A stretch of DNA of 64,000 nt from Amphiscolops sp. MND2022 (lineage: Eukaryota), in assembly GCA_964187785.1 (NCBI GenBank), contig OZ076414.1, forward strand, positions 38,936,001 through 39,000,000, written 5' to 3'. The notes under the pieces are model-generated. The model did not search any database and had not been told where the DNA came from. It saw only the letters and a program-made list of their open reading frames with translations. Positions within the stretch are counted from its first letter, which is position 1. Every line of letters begins with the position of its first letter. A program made the translations under genes and the position numbers. This document shows positions 33,225 through 45,735 of this stretch, piece after piece.

Positions 33225-36200
33225 ATGTCACTGACAGAAAAAAGGAATCTAGCATACACTTCCAAGCTTTGTTTCAGTTGCTTGAGAGAGGGTCATATGA
33301 CAAAAGATTGCCCTTCTACATCGACGTGCAAGAAATGCCACAAAAATCACAACACGTGGTTACATGCAGACAAAGTCGACAACAGCAAGTCGAAAACAAT
33401 ACAAGAAACTAATCTACACCATTCGTCAGTGAAATTTAATTCAGTTCTCCTTCCCACTGCAGTAATTCCTGTAGTTGCCTCCGATGGATCCATAATTCAA
33501 TGCAGAGCATTGCTTGACAGTGGAGCTCAATTGAGCATGATAACAGAAGAGTGCACCCAAAATCTTAAACTCAAGAGAACACCAATTTCAATCCAGTTGA
33601 ACGGCATAGTGAGTTCTAAATTTGTGAGTACGTCTTCTGTCGACTTTGAGATTCGCCCTACTCATTTCCAAAAACTGGATGTAAAGGCTCTGGTAAGACC
33701 AAAATTGACTGAATTTCTACCGTCTCAGTCAATCACCAATGCACAATGCTTTCATGCAAAGTCGGTAAAATTGGCTGATCCAGACTTCCTGATGTCAAGA
33801 CGAGTTGATATTTTGGGATCGGATATCTACGAAAGCATAGTATTGGATGGCAAATTGGAAGAAGAGAATGGCCTCCATTTGTGGAAAACCATTTTTGGAT
33901 GGGTTGTGTCAGGAAAACTACCACGAGAAACGACCTCTGCAGTGAATTCAGTAACCATTCTGAAGACGGATATTGATTTGAGAAGATTCTGGGAGATTGA
34001 GGAAGTGCATTCTCCGAAGCAACTAACAGCAGAAGAAATGCAGTGTGAGCAACATTTTCTTGAAACCACACAAGAAGCAGAAGACGCAAGATTCAAGGTG
34101 AAACTGCCATTCAAGCCAGAAGTTAGTAAATTGGGCGAAAGTTTCACACAAGCACGACGTAGATTCATGTCACTAGAACGACGTTTGATAGCAGACCCTG
34201 AACTCCATGAACGTTACAGGATTTTCATCAGAGAATTCATGGATTTGGGACATCTAGAAGAAGTACCACTTAATGAAATAGACAAAGATCCATCTCAACT
34301 GTATTATTTGCCACATCATTGCGTTTTCAAGGAGGAATCAACGACAACCAAATTAAGAGTGGTTTTCGATGGCTCAGCGAAAACGAGCACCGGGCAGTCC
34401 TTGAATGAATCTCTGATGGTGGGTGCAAAACTTCAGTCAGACTTGTACTCGACACTTCTGCGTTTTAGACTACACAAGGTGGCTTTATCCGGTGACATTG
34501 CCAAGATGTATCGTCAAATTGCATTAGCCGATGAAGATAAAGACTTTCATCGCATTTTGTGGCGGGATAGTCCTTCCGAACCACTAAAACATCTGCGAAT
34601 GACGAGGGTCACTTATGGCATCGCGTCATCTTCCTATCATTCGATACGATGTCTCCAGGAAGTGGGAAAGAAGTCTACCGATGAAGCAGTCAAATTGGCC
34701 ATTTTCAATGATTTCTCCGTCGATGATTTCATTGGAGGTGCACCAGATAAAGACACAGCATCATCTTTAGTACATCAATTGATTGCCGCATTGAAGAAGC
34801 ATGGATTTGAACTACGCAAATGGACAAGCAGTGACTCATCGATAACGCTCTCCCTACCTGAAAAATTACGCGAAACAGAAGAATCGTCAAAAATTCTTGA
34901 TAAAGACTACCATATGAAGACACTAGGTATCCGTTGGAACCCCAACCCTGATACTTTCACATTCAATGTGACTCTGGATGCCATGAAACAACATACGAAG
35001 AGAACTTTGTTATCAGACGTATCGAAACTCTTCGATCCTAGTGGATGGCTTGGTCCTGTAATTATTCGCTATAAAGGTCTGCTTCAAAAACTTTGGATTC
35101 TCGGAATTGATTGGTACTCTGAATGGTGACATCAAAGAGTGGCTATCAGCGCGAACCAGCTTAAAACAGCTCGAAGGTTTTCACATTCCACGCTGTGTTT
35201 TGCCTGATGGCGAAATTGAAGACTTTCAACTACATCTTTTCACAGATGCAAGTGAAAAGGCTTACTCTGCGAACGTGTATAGCAGAATCAAATCTAAGGA
35301 TCGTTCAGTTTCAACGAGACTTCTGGTTGCAAAAACACTTGTGGCACCTGTGAAAACAGTCAGTTTGCCTCGATTGGAGTTATGTGGAGCACAACTGGGA
35401 ACCAAATTGATGAGTATCGTCATTGAGTCTCTACAGTCCTCGAAATTGACCATCAATTCTACACATGCATGGACAGATTCGACAATCGTGTTACAATGGT
35501 TGGATCAACTACCACGCACATGGACAACATTCGTTGCAAACAGAGTGTCCGAGATTCAAGAATCAATGCCTAGAGCAGAATGGAACCACATTCCGTCGCA
35601 ACAAAATCCAGCTGATCTATCTTCTCGTGGAATGGAGCTAAATATCATATCTTCATATCTTCAAACCTCTGGTGGCAAGGTCCTCAGTTTCTCGGAGTTA
35701 ATGAAAATCAATGGCCAAAGCAACCGATGCTTTCTGGAACTCCGCCAGAAATTCGATCGAAGGAATCTGACATGAAGCAAACAATTGGAGTTGTGGATAC
35801 GGGAAATCATTCTAGCGGTTTTATTCCCATAGAATGTTATTCCAGTTTCAACAAGCTATTGCGAATAATGGCCACTGTTCATGTAGCTAGTCAACATATG
35901 AGAAAACACAAACGCTCAAATTACATCACAGTAAGTGACATTCACGAGCAAAGAATGGAGTAATCAGATGCCACCAAATAGCGTACTACACGAAAGAGCT
36001 TAGATTATTGCAAAACGATCTGCTGTTGCCAAAAGACAGCAAAATTTTGAACTTGACCCCGATTTATGACGAAGAAACAGGAACATTGCGAGTTGGAGGA
36101 CGTTTATCTCAAGGACAATTCAGAGAAAGCAAAAAGTTTCCATTTTTGATTGCTAAAGATTCACGACTGGCATTTTTGATCCTACAGCCTTTCCATGAAG

Positions 36201-37220
36201 CGATCCTTCATGGCGTGGGGCCTGCTGACTTTGAATGCAAGTCGCGAAGAGTATTGGGTCCCTGGTGGTAGAGAACTCCTCAAGAAAATCATCAAACAGT
36301 GCGTCAAGTGTAGCTGTTTTGAAAACAAAGTTCCATATCAACTCATGGCTGATTTACCCGCTGAAAGAATAACAGTAGCAAAACCCTTCCAAAAAACAGG
36401 TCTAGATTTTGCAGGACCAATTCCCACAAAAACATCACCAAAAACATACATCGCCATATTTGTTTTTGTTGTGAAAGCGGTGCACATAGAGCTAGTGGGA
36501 GACCTCAGGGCTTCCTGAGAAAATATTCAGTGACAATGGAAGGAATTTCATTGGAGCAAGGAACGATATCCTAAAGGTTCAAAAATTACTCTCACTGGAT
36601 TGCAGCAACGAATCTTTGGGAAGTTTTGTAACCCACGAAGGAATTGAATGGGAAACAATGCCACCTCGTGCTCCACATTTTGGCGGATTGTGGGAGGCAT
36701 CCGTAAAAAGCCTAAAACGTCACCTGCGAAAAACAGTCGGTCTACAGATTCTTTCTTCGAAGAACTGAACACAGTAGTCATACAGATTGAATCAATTCTT
36801 AACTCGGGACCTCTAGCAGACATGTCGAATGACCCCAACGATTTACAATCAATCACCCCAGCGCATTTCTTGCTAGGGAGAGCAGCGTCTGACATTCCCA
36901 ACATGACGAACAACATGGACAAAAACATATCGTTGTCTCAAAGATTCAAGCCGCTGGAACGGATTAAACGATCTTTTTGGAAATCATGGCATCGTGATTA
37001 TCTTGTGACACTTCAAGTGCGTAAACGATGGCTCCACTCAGGTCCCAAGTTTTCAGAAGGTGACTTAGTCCTGATTGCAATGGCAATTGGCGAGAATTGA
37101 AAAATTATACTGTGGAAATGACGAAATCAACAGAGTTGCGAAGTTGAAAGTTGGCACTGGATTCCTGATTCGACCTATAGTGAAACTTCGAAAGCTTCCT
37201 GTAGAAAGCATGCATTGATT
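33225..37220 (+). pseudogene. BEL-B pol (knuckles, protease, RT, RNase H, integrase), frameshifted and with deletions in integrase
   Basis: CFSCLREGH, ALLDSGAQ, YYLPHHCVF..STTTKLRVVFDGSAK, FSVDDFIG, HLFTDASEKAY, PRLELCGA, TGLDFAGP, FWKSWHRDYL, RPIVKLRKLP. Confidence 0.92.
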
Positions 37221-37769
37221 TCAGTCAATGAATCGAGAACCCACTCTTATTCAGAATTGAAAACAATCATTGAAAAAAAATTACCTATTATTTCTACCCC
37301 AGACAACCCCAAAAAAGCCCGAAAAAAATCATTGTTTTCAAAAGAAATTCTAAAAAATCAAACCGAACAATTAAAGTACTGACGATTGCCGAGCCTACGA
37401 GCATATTGGAAGCAATTTATCTGCAGCCATCAAAATTGGCAAATTTTTTGAAAATCACCCCTTTCAATTGGCACTGAGAAGATTATTAATTAATATCTGA
37501 CAGTTTTATTACTGAAAAAGACAAGAGAGATAGAGAAGAAGGAAAACCGGTGATAGAGCATTACTCACTTGTTAAAATACAGCGACTGGTCTTTTTTTCT
37601 TTGGGTCTTTACCAGTCACAGACGCTGATTTTATATTTTTAGCATTCAGCTTTTTGTTCGGTGAAAGCAATCTGTATGCCACATATTCTGCAATTAAGTG
37701 AATGTATTACCTCAATCGTATGAACACTTTAGACTGACCTAAACTACTCAACCACTAACCTTTTCTTTG

Positions 37770-38791
37770 CTGCTGCCGTTCCTGAAATTGCATGCGTACA
37801 TCTTTCAAATTATTCAACTTTCTCTGTTTATTTGAAACAGATGGCCGGCCTCTTTTAGATGGACTTTTTGGAGAATTTCCTGTTCGACATTGACACCAAT
37901 TGTCCGATTGCCTGTTTTGGAATTTTTAGCAGTTGCAAGAGCTTCAGAACACTTTTGAGGATTTGATTTCTTCAAACCTACTCTCAGGACTTCATTACAA
38001 ATGCCAAAATTTGGTGACTAAATGGGATTTTAAATGCCTGTCCGTAACATCGTTAGCTTCCCAACCACTATCAAGAAAAGATCCAGTTGAAATAGTCAGG
38101 ACAGAATGAGCGCACAAAGATGGTTGAATTATCATATCAGAGACATCAGTGATGTGATAGAAAATATTTTTCTCACAAGGTAATTTTGGACCCTTCAATA
38201 CCCAGCTGACGAAAGACTCGATCGTGGAAGTCATAGCAAACAATCTACTTGATGCAGCACCGCGTTTGGCTATCATGAACAATTTCCTGCCGATGGGAGT
38301 TAGAGAAACAGATATGTCCCCGCCCTCTTCTACGTGACCATCAGTGAACCAACGTCCAACGCCAATAATTGCTGAGGAATGAGCGCCTTTGACATGACTA
38401 GGTGCAGTGTAGAAGCTCAGTCCTGTCATATCTAATGAACTAGCAAAGGATGTGGATAAATCTTCAACTGGGTTTATTTTTTTTGTTTCTCTTGTGGCAG
38501 TATTATATTTGAATTTTCGGAAGATTGCAGCTAATTGGCGCTTATTGGTGCATTTTTGGACAGCTCGCAAAAATTCTTCATCAAATTTAAATAGACGCTG
38601 ATTGCAGACAAAATTGGTTGGCAAATCCAGACATCATCAAAAATATCTAAACTACTATTATGCGCCTCCTCTTTGATCGAATTCAAATCAAAGCAATTAG
38701 TGCCATCTATTGTTGCAAGCGAATTCCAACCCAAATCTTTCATTCCCTCGCTGGAACTGCACAGTTGAATCAATGAATCCAAATCTGACAT
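37770..38791 (-). pseudogene. Divergent JmjC-domain gene carried antisense between BEL-B pol and the 3' LTR (core ORF 37995-38624)
   Basis: FTDGHVEEGG...GRKLFMI...DMIIQPSLCAHSVLT gives T94, H97, E99, K114, H173. A frameshifted N-terminal ORF lies at 38531-38791 and a frameshifted basic tail with KRGRP at 37842-37856. Confidence 0.75.
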
Positions 38792-41769
38792 TGCTGATCT
38801 GGAAGAGAATTATATCATTAATGTACCGAACAGATCATCTCATTTGAAGAATGTGCATTCTTCAAGGGGCCCGGTATGTTGACGCTCAAGATGTCAAGAC
38901 CAACTTTTCTAAACCAATACTTGACTAATTTGCAATCGCACAAAATGAAGACGTGATATTGTGAATGAAAATATAATTTGTTAAACTTGATCACGCTTTT
39001 TCAGTTGTTTGTAAATTTTCGTCACTGCAAGTTCAATACTGAATGAAACTTTCATGCTGAGATTAAATTCAATCTTTCTTTTGTAAACCAATTTACAAAG
39101 TCAACGCTATCCAGCAACAAGTAGGTTGATTTTCTTGATTCGGCTACCAAATTAAACAATGATTGGTTTCTATTTACCTACACGAGTGTCAGCCTATGCT
39201 CAATGGAACTGTCGTTCGCCGTTACACTAGCACCAATAATGTTGGCAATAGCAACCACTTTTCTCCTTATAAATTGAAGAAACCCTCTCGCTGGATGATA
39301 TGAAACAGTTGTTAACGGTCTTTTTTGAGATGTAAAACCATTCACTATAATACGTACTAGGTATGCGTGCATCGCAAGGTTCGTGTACTTAGAAGGCGGG
39401 AACTGCATTAGTCAGGCTTTTGGTACCGAATAACTGTAATTAGTGCCAGAGCCTGGTACCAAAGACTCCGAAGATGCATTTGTTGTTTGATTAGATTGTA
39501 CTGTAATACGAATTTCTTCATTTATTCAATTCATATTCTCGTGTATAAACTCTTTAAAATGAGTTAATGCTAATGCTAGAATACTGTATAAGCTAGATGT
39601 GGCTGTTTTTGGTGCTGAAAAGATTTCACTCATTAGGACTTCGGAAAATATTTAATTTCTCCAAGTATTATCCGGGTCATTGTTTTTATTGTCTCGATAT
39701 AAACATTTTCCGTAAGATATTCTTCCTGTCGTTCACAATTGTATCACTTCGGTCAAAGGGGACGACTTTCTGTCAATTTAAAGGAACCAATCACGCTAAT
39801 ATTTTCGTTTTCACATTCGCATTTACTTTGAAAAAGTTCCGTGTTCTCTCCCAAAACGTGCAGCAGTAGAAAGCATTAGTGCGTTTCGTAATTTCCCGAA
39901 GTCCTTTACTCCACGGGCACCCACCTATGTTTTAGATTACCATTCCTAATTAGCTGCTACACTTACATTTGAATTTTAATCATGTAACACCTTCACACAT
40001 GGTAATTTCTCTGTTGCATGATGTAAAACATTGATGAAAGTACTTTCACCTTCCAAAACCATTGTCTATTTTTATCTCATTAAATCTCTCATATTGATAA
40101 GTCGATGAAAACTCAAGTCATTTGGCTGTTTTTTTTCACTTGCTCATTCCTACTATTTTTTTTGGGATCTTAGATAAACTTTTATTCACAAACTGTTTGA
40201 ATCTTTTTCGAGTAATGAATGGATCCTCGTCAACGACCACTTTCTCAGTGTTATATGGAAAGCTCTATAAAACTTCTGTCTTGTTTTTCTGACTCGTTCT
40301 GAAGATGGATGTTCTTTTTGAAGAAATGAATGAAGTAGCGTTCGTAATCTTCGCCCAAAAATGATACAGGAGTTATTCAGTGTTTGAAGTTCAATTCTAC
40401 CAATGTATTGTAATGTAGAAGCCCAAATAATTCAATGATTTAAAATAGTTTTTCTTGCTGTGAGTTTATACATTTTAATACAGTTAGCTATTCACTTGAA
40501 GCAATGATAAAGTGTGTGGATATTCGCCATAGAATTATTTTATTCCCGTTTAATTATTTTTAATTTTACAGAAATCTTCAAGGGCTCATGCCCGCAGTGG
40601 GAAACCCTCAATTACAAACAATTTCTGATAAAATCGTACTCGAAAGAACAGCTTCGATTTTTTATCGCTTTGTTAATGTACTTTCCAAGAGTTGGAAAAA
40701 AATTTTCCTGTGGAATCGCACCTGTGCAAAAATTTTGACTACCTGTGCAATCGTAACTTTTTTCTCCCGAACTTTCAAGAAAATCAAGTTTTTCGCCACT
40801 GTGCGGCTTTTTCGACAAAAAAATTCATTTGGTCATATGGTACCCCCTTTACTTTAAAAAAAAGTTTTTGGCTTGGAATAAATGTTTTCCGAACTTAGAA
40901 GGCCTCCTTTTCGGGACTGAGACTTTTCCCGATTTTTTTCGACAATTTGTTTTTTTTTCGGCACCGCGACTTTGAAATTTTTTTCATTTGCTCATAGGGT
41001 CACCTCTTCATTTTCATTTTTTTTCGACGTGTAAAAAGTTCCTTTCTCGGCACTGTGAGACTTTTTTCCAAAGAAAAAATTTAACTTCCAGAAACATTTG
41101 ATGTTTCCAGTTGGGAAAAGCGGTTTTCGAGTCTTTTGGCTATCTTCCTTCGTGTTTTTTTCCGGCACTGTGATTTTGATGATTTTTTGCATATTTAACC
41201 CTAACGAACCTAGTGGTGCTTTAAAGCAGCCGATCTTTTTTCCAAATTCTGATTCCTTTTGCCAGTAGCCCATTTTCTCTAGTACAGTTTTCAACAATTA
41301 ATTGGTACCTAGGTTGATTTGAATGGCACAAGCATTAGAAAAAATGAATATGTCTCCAAAGCTGAGAAAAATGTTTTTTTTGCACAAAAATGGTTATTTT
41401 TTCCCAAAATTCAGTTTTTGACGAAATCCAGTTTTCTCAAAAGTCTTTGATCAATAGAAAAAAAAGCAACCACATACCCTTCCACAGCAAGTCCTGGTGC
41501 AGCGAACCCCAATTATATTCTGCTACTACAAGCCCCCGAAGTGTGGAACTGCCGCGAAGCGGTGGTACCGGAAAAAGGCTAAAATTCTGAAGGGGCGAAC
41601 AGCGAGAGAGCTCACCTGACCAAAATGAAAGCCCAATACCAGACCTTTCAAACGCGCTAGAGTTTGTTTCTCTGGTACGCGTAGTTGTATTGATGAATTT
41701 TTTGAAATTTTTTAAAAACGCCCAGGTCAATCGGGGTTAATAAACTTGGATCATTTTTAGGAGTCGGAA

Positions 41770-42660
41770 AAAATTTCGACTACTTATGCAATCGCGTCGT
41801 TTTTTTTTCTACCGACCTTTCATGAAAATTTCAAATTTCTCGAAAACTGCCCATAAGATTTTCAAAAAAATTTGCACAGTCATTCTACACCCAAAGAGGC
41901 CCCTGCATGCGCAAAGGCATCAAAATCGTATGACTGGGATGTGAGAAATATAGCCAAAATTAGGCCAAAAAACAGCAATTTTTCAACTTTTTTCGATTTT
42001 GCAAAAAAACTCCATATTAGAGTCCTATATGTGCAATGGCATCAAAATCGTATGGCTGGGATGTGAGAAACATAGCCAAAATTAGCCCAAAAATGGTCAA
42101 AAAAGGGCCATTTTTCGACTTCAGAAGGAAAAAGACTCCTTTACCGCACATGCGGCTCTGGTTTTTTTTTGTTTTTTTCTCCCGACCTTTTCATGAAAAT
42201 TTCAAATTTCTCAAAAACTGTCCATACGATTTTCACGAAATTTTGCACAGTCATTCTACACCCAAAGGGGCCCCTGCGTGTGCAAAGGCATCAAAATCGT
42301 ATGGCCTGGATGTGAGAAACATAGCCAAAATTAGCCCAAAAATGGCCAAAAAACAGCCATTTTTCGACTTTTTTCGATTTTCTCAAAAACTCCATACGAT
42401 TCGAACGAAATTTTCTACATTTATTCTACACCATATTAAAGTCCTATTTGTGCAATGGCATTAAAATCGTATGGCTGGGATGTGAGAAACATAGCCAAAA
42501 ATAGCCCAAAAATGGCCAAAAAACAGCCATTTTTCGTCTTTTTTTGATTTTCACAAAAACTGTCCATATGATTCGAAATTTTCTACAGTCATTTTTTACA
42601 CCATAACATGGTCCTATGTGTGCAATTTCAATAAATTCGTATGACTGGGATTCGAGCGAG
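41770..42660. repeat. Imperfect tandem repeat block (GCATCAAAATCGTATGGCTGGGATGTGAGAAACATAGCCAAAATTAG core, 4-5 copies)
   Basis: The core recurs at ~41915, 42035, 42285 and 42462, and partially at 42625. Confidence 0.8.
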
Positions 42661-43571
42661 TCAGAAGGAAAAAGATCTGAGCCGACTCGTTTACCGCATA
42701 TGCGGCTCTGGTTCTAGTTCCGTAAAAAATGTAAAACGGTCAGTGAGCAAGAATGGGTCTTAAGATGCCTTCAAGAGTTTAGACCGTAAGCTCCAATGAT
42801 GATATGCTTCCTGAATAGCGGTTATCAGTAGGGCGACTCAAATTAAGCTAACCTAAAAAATTCGAAGTTGTAACCTGAAACTATTTCCAAGGTAACCGGA
42901 AACGTTTTTTCTGGTAACCTAACGTTGAAAAAGGGATAAAGCTAAATATTTTTTTCTAGAAAATAGCAAATGAAATTCCCCTAGGTATTCCTTGACGATA
43001 CGCTGAATTTTCACTACATTGGAGACTCCACGTTTAGATATTTTGTCGAAATTTGCCAGTTTCTAGTGCATCCCATCTGAAAATGACGTGGAAAAACTAA
43101 TCTCCGGCTCCTTGGCAACTAACCAATTGTCGAGAAAACAACAGTTTGCCTTTAGTTTCTTCGTTCGGATGCAAGCAAAATTACTTTTTATAATCTGTAT
43201 AAGAAAAGAAGCACGCTAAACACTTGGACTAATTTCTGCACTGAAGTATTCCAGCAATATACTTCAAAGAAATGTTGAAGAAATGTTCAAAAAATGCTTT
43301 TTAATTTTAAAAGTTGAAGTATCGTTGTGAATATCTAATTGAGAAAATTAAATATCTTAATAAATACACGTATATGCTGCGAACTAATTTTTTAGCCGAA
43401 TGAGAATTTGTGTTTCGAGTGTAAAACAGAAATGTTCGAGTGGAAAATAGCAAACAACGGCGAATGTCTTGGTTATGTTTTTAGTTGGCGCCTTTTCCCT
43501 TAAGGAAAAAAGCCCGACTGTTACAGTGGGTAGTTTTTTTTCAGCTTACAATCTCACTCTGAATGGTCCAC

Positions 43572-43862
43572 TTTTTGCACATGACGAAGTCAATGTGCAT
43601 TGCAGTCCAGCTAAGAAACTTTTTTTTCCACAATAGCCAACTTCATAATAAGCGCCTTTTAGAGAAGCCAAAACCCCAGAGAGATTCGAACCTGCAGCCT
43701 CCCGATTGCGCGGCATAAGTGTTAACCACTGTGCCATAAGGACGTTATTGAATAAAGTTGAACTGTTGAATATATACGCATGCGATTAAAATAATATATA
43801 TACGCATATTAAAATAATCGTTGTCTTCGTCATGTGTTGCGAAGCACCGCTTCGCCTCTGTG
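43572..43862 (+). mobile_element. HINE/DINE-like Helentron-associated element containing a tRNA-like segment
   Basis: Subterminal inverted repeat CACATGACGAAG (43578-43589)/CTTCGTCATGTG (43825-43836), 3' hairpin GCGAAGCACCGCTTCGC (43839-43855). Interrupts the module GTCCACTTTT-TTACAAT that is intact at ~60955 and ~61860. Confidence 0.7.
43672..43743 (-). other. tRNA-derived pseudogene or SINE-head-like sequence (A and B boxes)
   Basis: The minus strand has TGGCACAGTGG (A box) and GGTTCGAATC (B box) at tRNA spacing, but the acceptor and T stems pair poorly. Confidence 0.55.
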
Positions 43863-44039
43863 TTACAATTTGTTCATCTGTTCTGTTGTTCATCTTCGAC
43901 TAAATTTCTGAAGCCGGAGAGCGGGGGAGTAGTTTGTGTATATATATTCATTGAAAATCGCAGGGGGGGGGTTTGAAATTTTACCAAAAATTTATGATTA
44001 AAATAAGTTCTAAACACAAATTACGTTTAAATTCGAGTA

Positions 44040-44490
44040 ATTGAAAACACTTTCTAAAAAATGTTCTTGCTGTGCTGAAGAAAAAAAATTTCAAGAAAAT
44101 CTGGTGAACACCAACCCCTCTCTCCCCCCCCCTCCTCCACATGCAAAAATTGAAAAAATTTGAAAATCTTACAAAAACTCCGGAAAGTATATGGAACAAT
44201 CAGAAATGAAAAAAAACGCATCGTTGACTCAAAAAACAAAAAAACGATAAAAAAACTGTCAAAAATGTAAACACACCTCCCCCCCTCCATACTCTACTGC
44301 AAAAAAATCGAAAAATTATTTTTTTTCAAAAAAAAACAGAAACAGTGGGGAATATCCCCAAATGTGATGAAACGCATCGTTGGCGTCAGAAACCCGAAAA
44401 AAATTCTCAAAAACGTAAACACACCCCCCTCCATCTATACCCTACATGCAAAAAATCGAAAAATTTAAAAAAATTTCAAAAAAACCCGGA
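44040..44490. repeat. Subterminal ~150-bp tandem repeats with C-runs (mirrored at ~59660-60110)
   Basis: AAACAC..CCCCCTCCA...TGCAAAAAATCGAAAAATT recurs three times. Confidence 0.7.
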
Positions 44491-44999
44491 AATGGTGCGA
44501 AACGTTAAAAAATGTTAAAAACGTGCAATCATCAAAAATGATGGAAAAGGTCCCCGTGAACACTTACTGAAGACATGTAAAATCTCAAAAATGGAAAAAA
44601 AATCTGAAATACACTCAGTTCAACTTGGAATTTTTTCGCAATTGGGTGCAAGTTTTTGACCGTGTAAGACAACTAGAATCAAACTTATAGAAATATGTTT
44701 TTTCTGTAGACACCTCATTCCTCCGGCAATCATTCATCCGAAATAAGAAACTCAAATTCAAGAGTGTCTATGACTTGTCAACTCATTTTTTACCTGCTGA
44801 CTGAGTATCTATGAATCGAAGCAAAGCCGCATTATGCAAAGTTTGATATGAAGCAATTTATGGCGTTTATACATATCCATACTGACCAACGAAGTTAAAA
44901 TTCTTGAAACTCTTTGACCCTGAAAACCTTGGTTCATCTTGTCTTCGACCATGAATATCATGTATGTCATGTTTATGCAGTTGTGTTTATGCAAAAATT

Positions 45000-45735
45000 G
45001 AAAATCAGTCCTATACGACCATAGAATCTTGGCTACTTTAGACCTATAGTATGGTACTGTATATTGAAAGATAGATTGAAAATCGGTCCTATGCGACCGG
45101 ATTCATCGAGTCTCAGCTACTTTAGACCTATAGTATGGTACTGTATATTGAAAGATAGATTGAAAATCGGTCCTATGCGACCGGATTAATCGAGTCTCAG
45201 CTACATTAGACCTATTGTATGGTCCTGTATATTGAAATATAGATTGGATATCAGTCGTATACGACCGTGTTTATCCAGTCTTAGCCGTTTCGGAACTATA
45301 GTATGGTCCTGTATAATGAAAATAGATCAAAAATAACTCCATTTCGACCGAGTTCATCGAATCTTAACCACTTTAGACTTATACTATAGTCCTGTATATT
45401 GAAAGATAGATTGGATATCAGTGCTATACGACCGTGTTTATCGAGTCTTGGCTACATTAGACCTATACTATGATACTGTATTTTGAAAGACAGATCAAAT
45501 ATAAGTCCTATACGACCGTGTTTATCCAGTATTAGCCATTTTAGACCTCTAGTATGGTACTGTATATTGAAAGATAGATTGAATATCAGTTCTATACGAC
45601 CGTGTTCATCAATTCTTAGCGACTTTAGACCTATATGATAGTCCTGTATAATAGAAGATAGATTGAATATCAGCCCTATACGACCGTGTTCATCGAATCT
45701 TGGCTATGTTAGACATATAGTATGGTTCTGTATAT
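45000..45735. repeat. ~84-bp tandem array, about 9 units (mirrored at ~58420-59160)
   Basis: TTAGACCTATAGTATGGTACTGTATATTGAAAGATAGATTG...TATACGACC repeats; unit starts at 45076, 45160 and 45244. Confidence 0.9.

Larger units (their letters stand above)
31853..39119 (+). mobile_element. BEL/Pao family B LTR retrotransposon, full length, 5-bp TSD AGTAG
   Basis: TG...CA LTRs at 31853-32093 and 38877-39119, TSD at 31848-31852 and 39120-39124, PBS-like TGGTGCTA..., PPT AAGGGGCCCGGTA. Confidence 0.95.

Noticed and set aside
40500-43500. Short F/K-rich ORFs here and at 59700-63200
   Set aside because: They are translation products of low-complexity AT-rich repeats, open on both strands, with no domain motifs.
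43672-43743. Functional tRNA gene
   Set aside because: The acceptor and T stems do not pair and the anticodon arm is ambiguous, so it is treated as tRNA-derived.
45000-45735. Regular repeat array considered as a CRISPR-like array
   Set aside because: The whole ~84-bp unit is repeated with no unique spacers, the context is eukaryotic, and there are no cas genes. It is an ordinary minisatellite.
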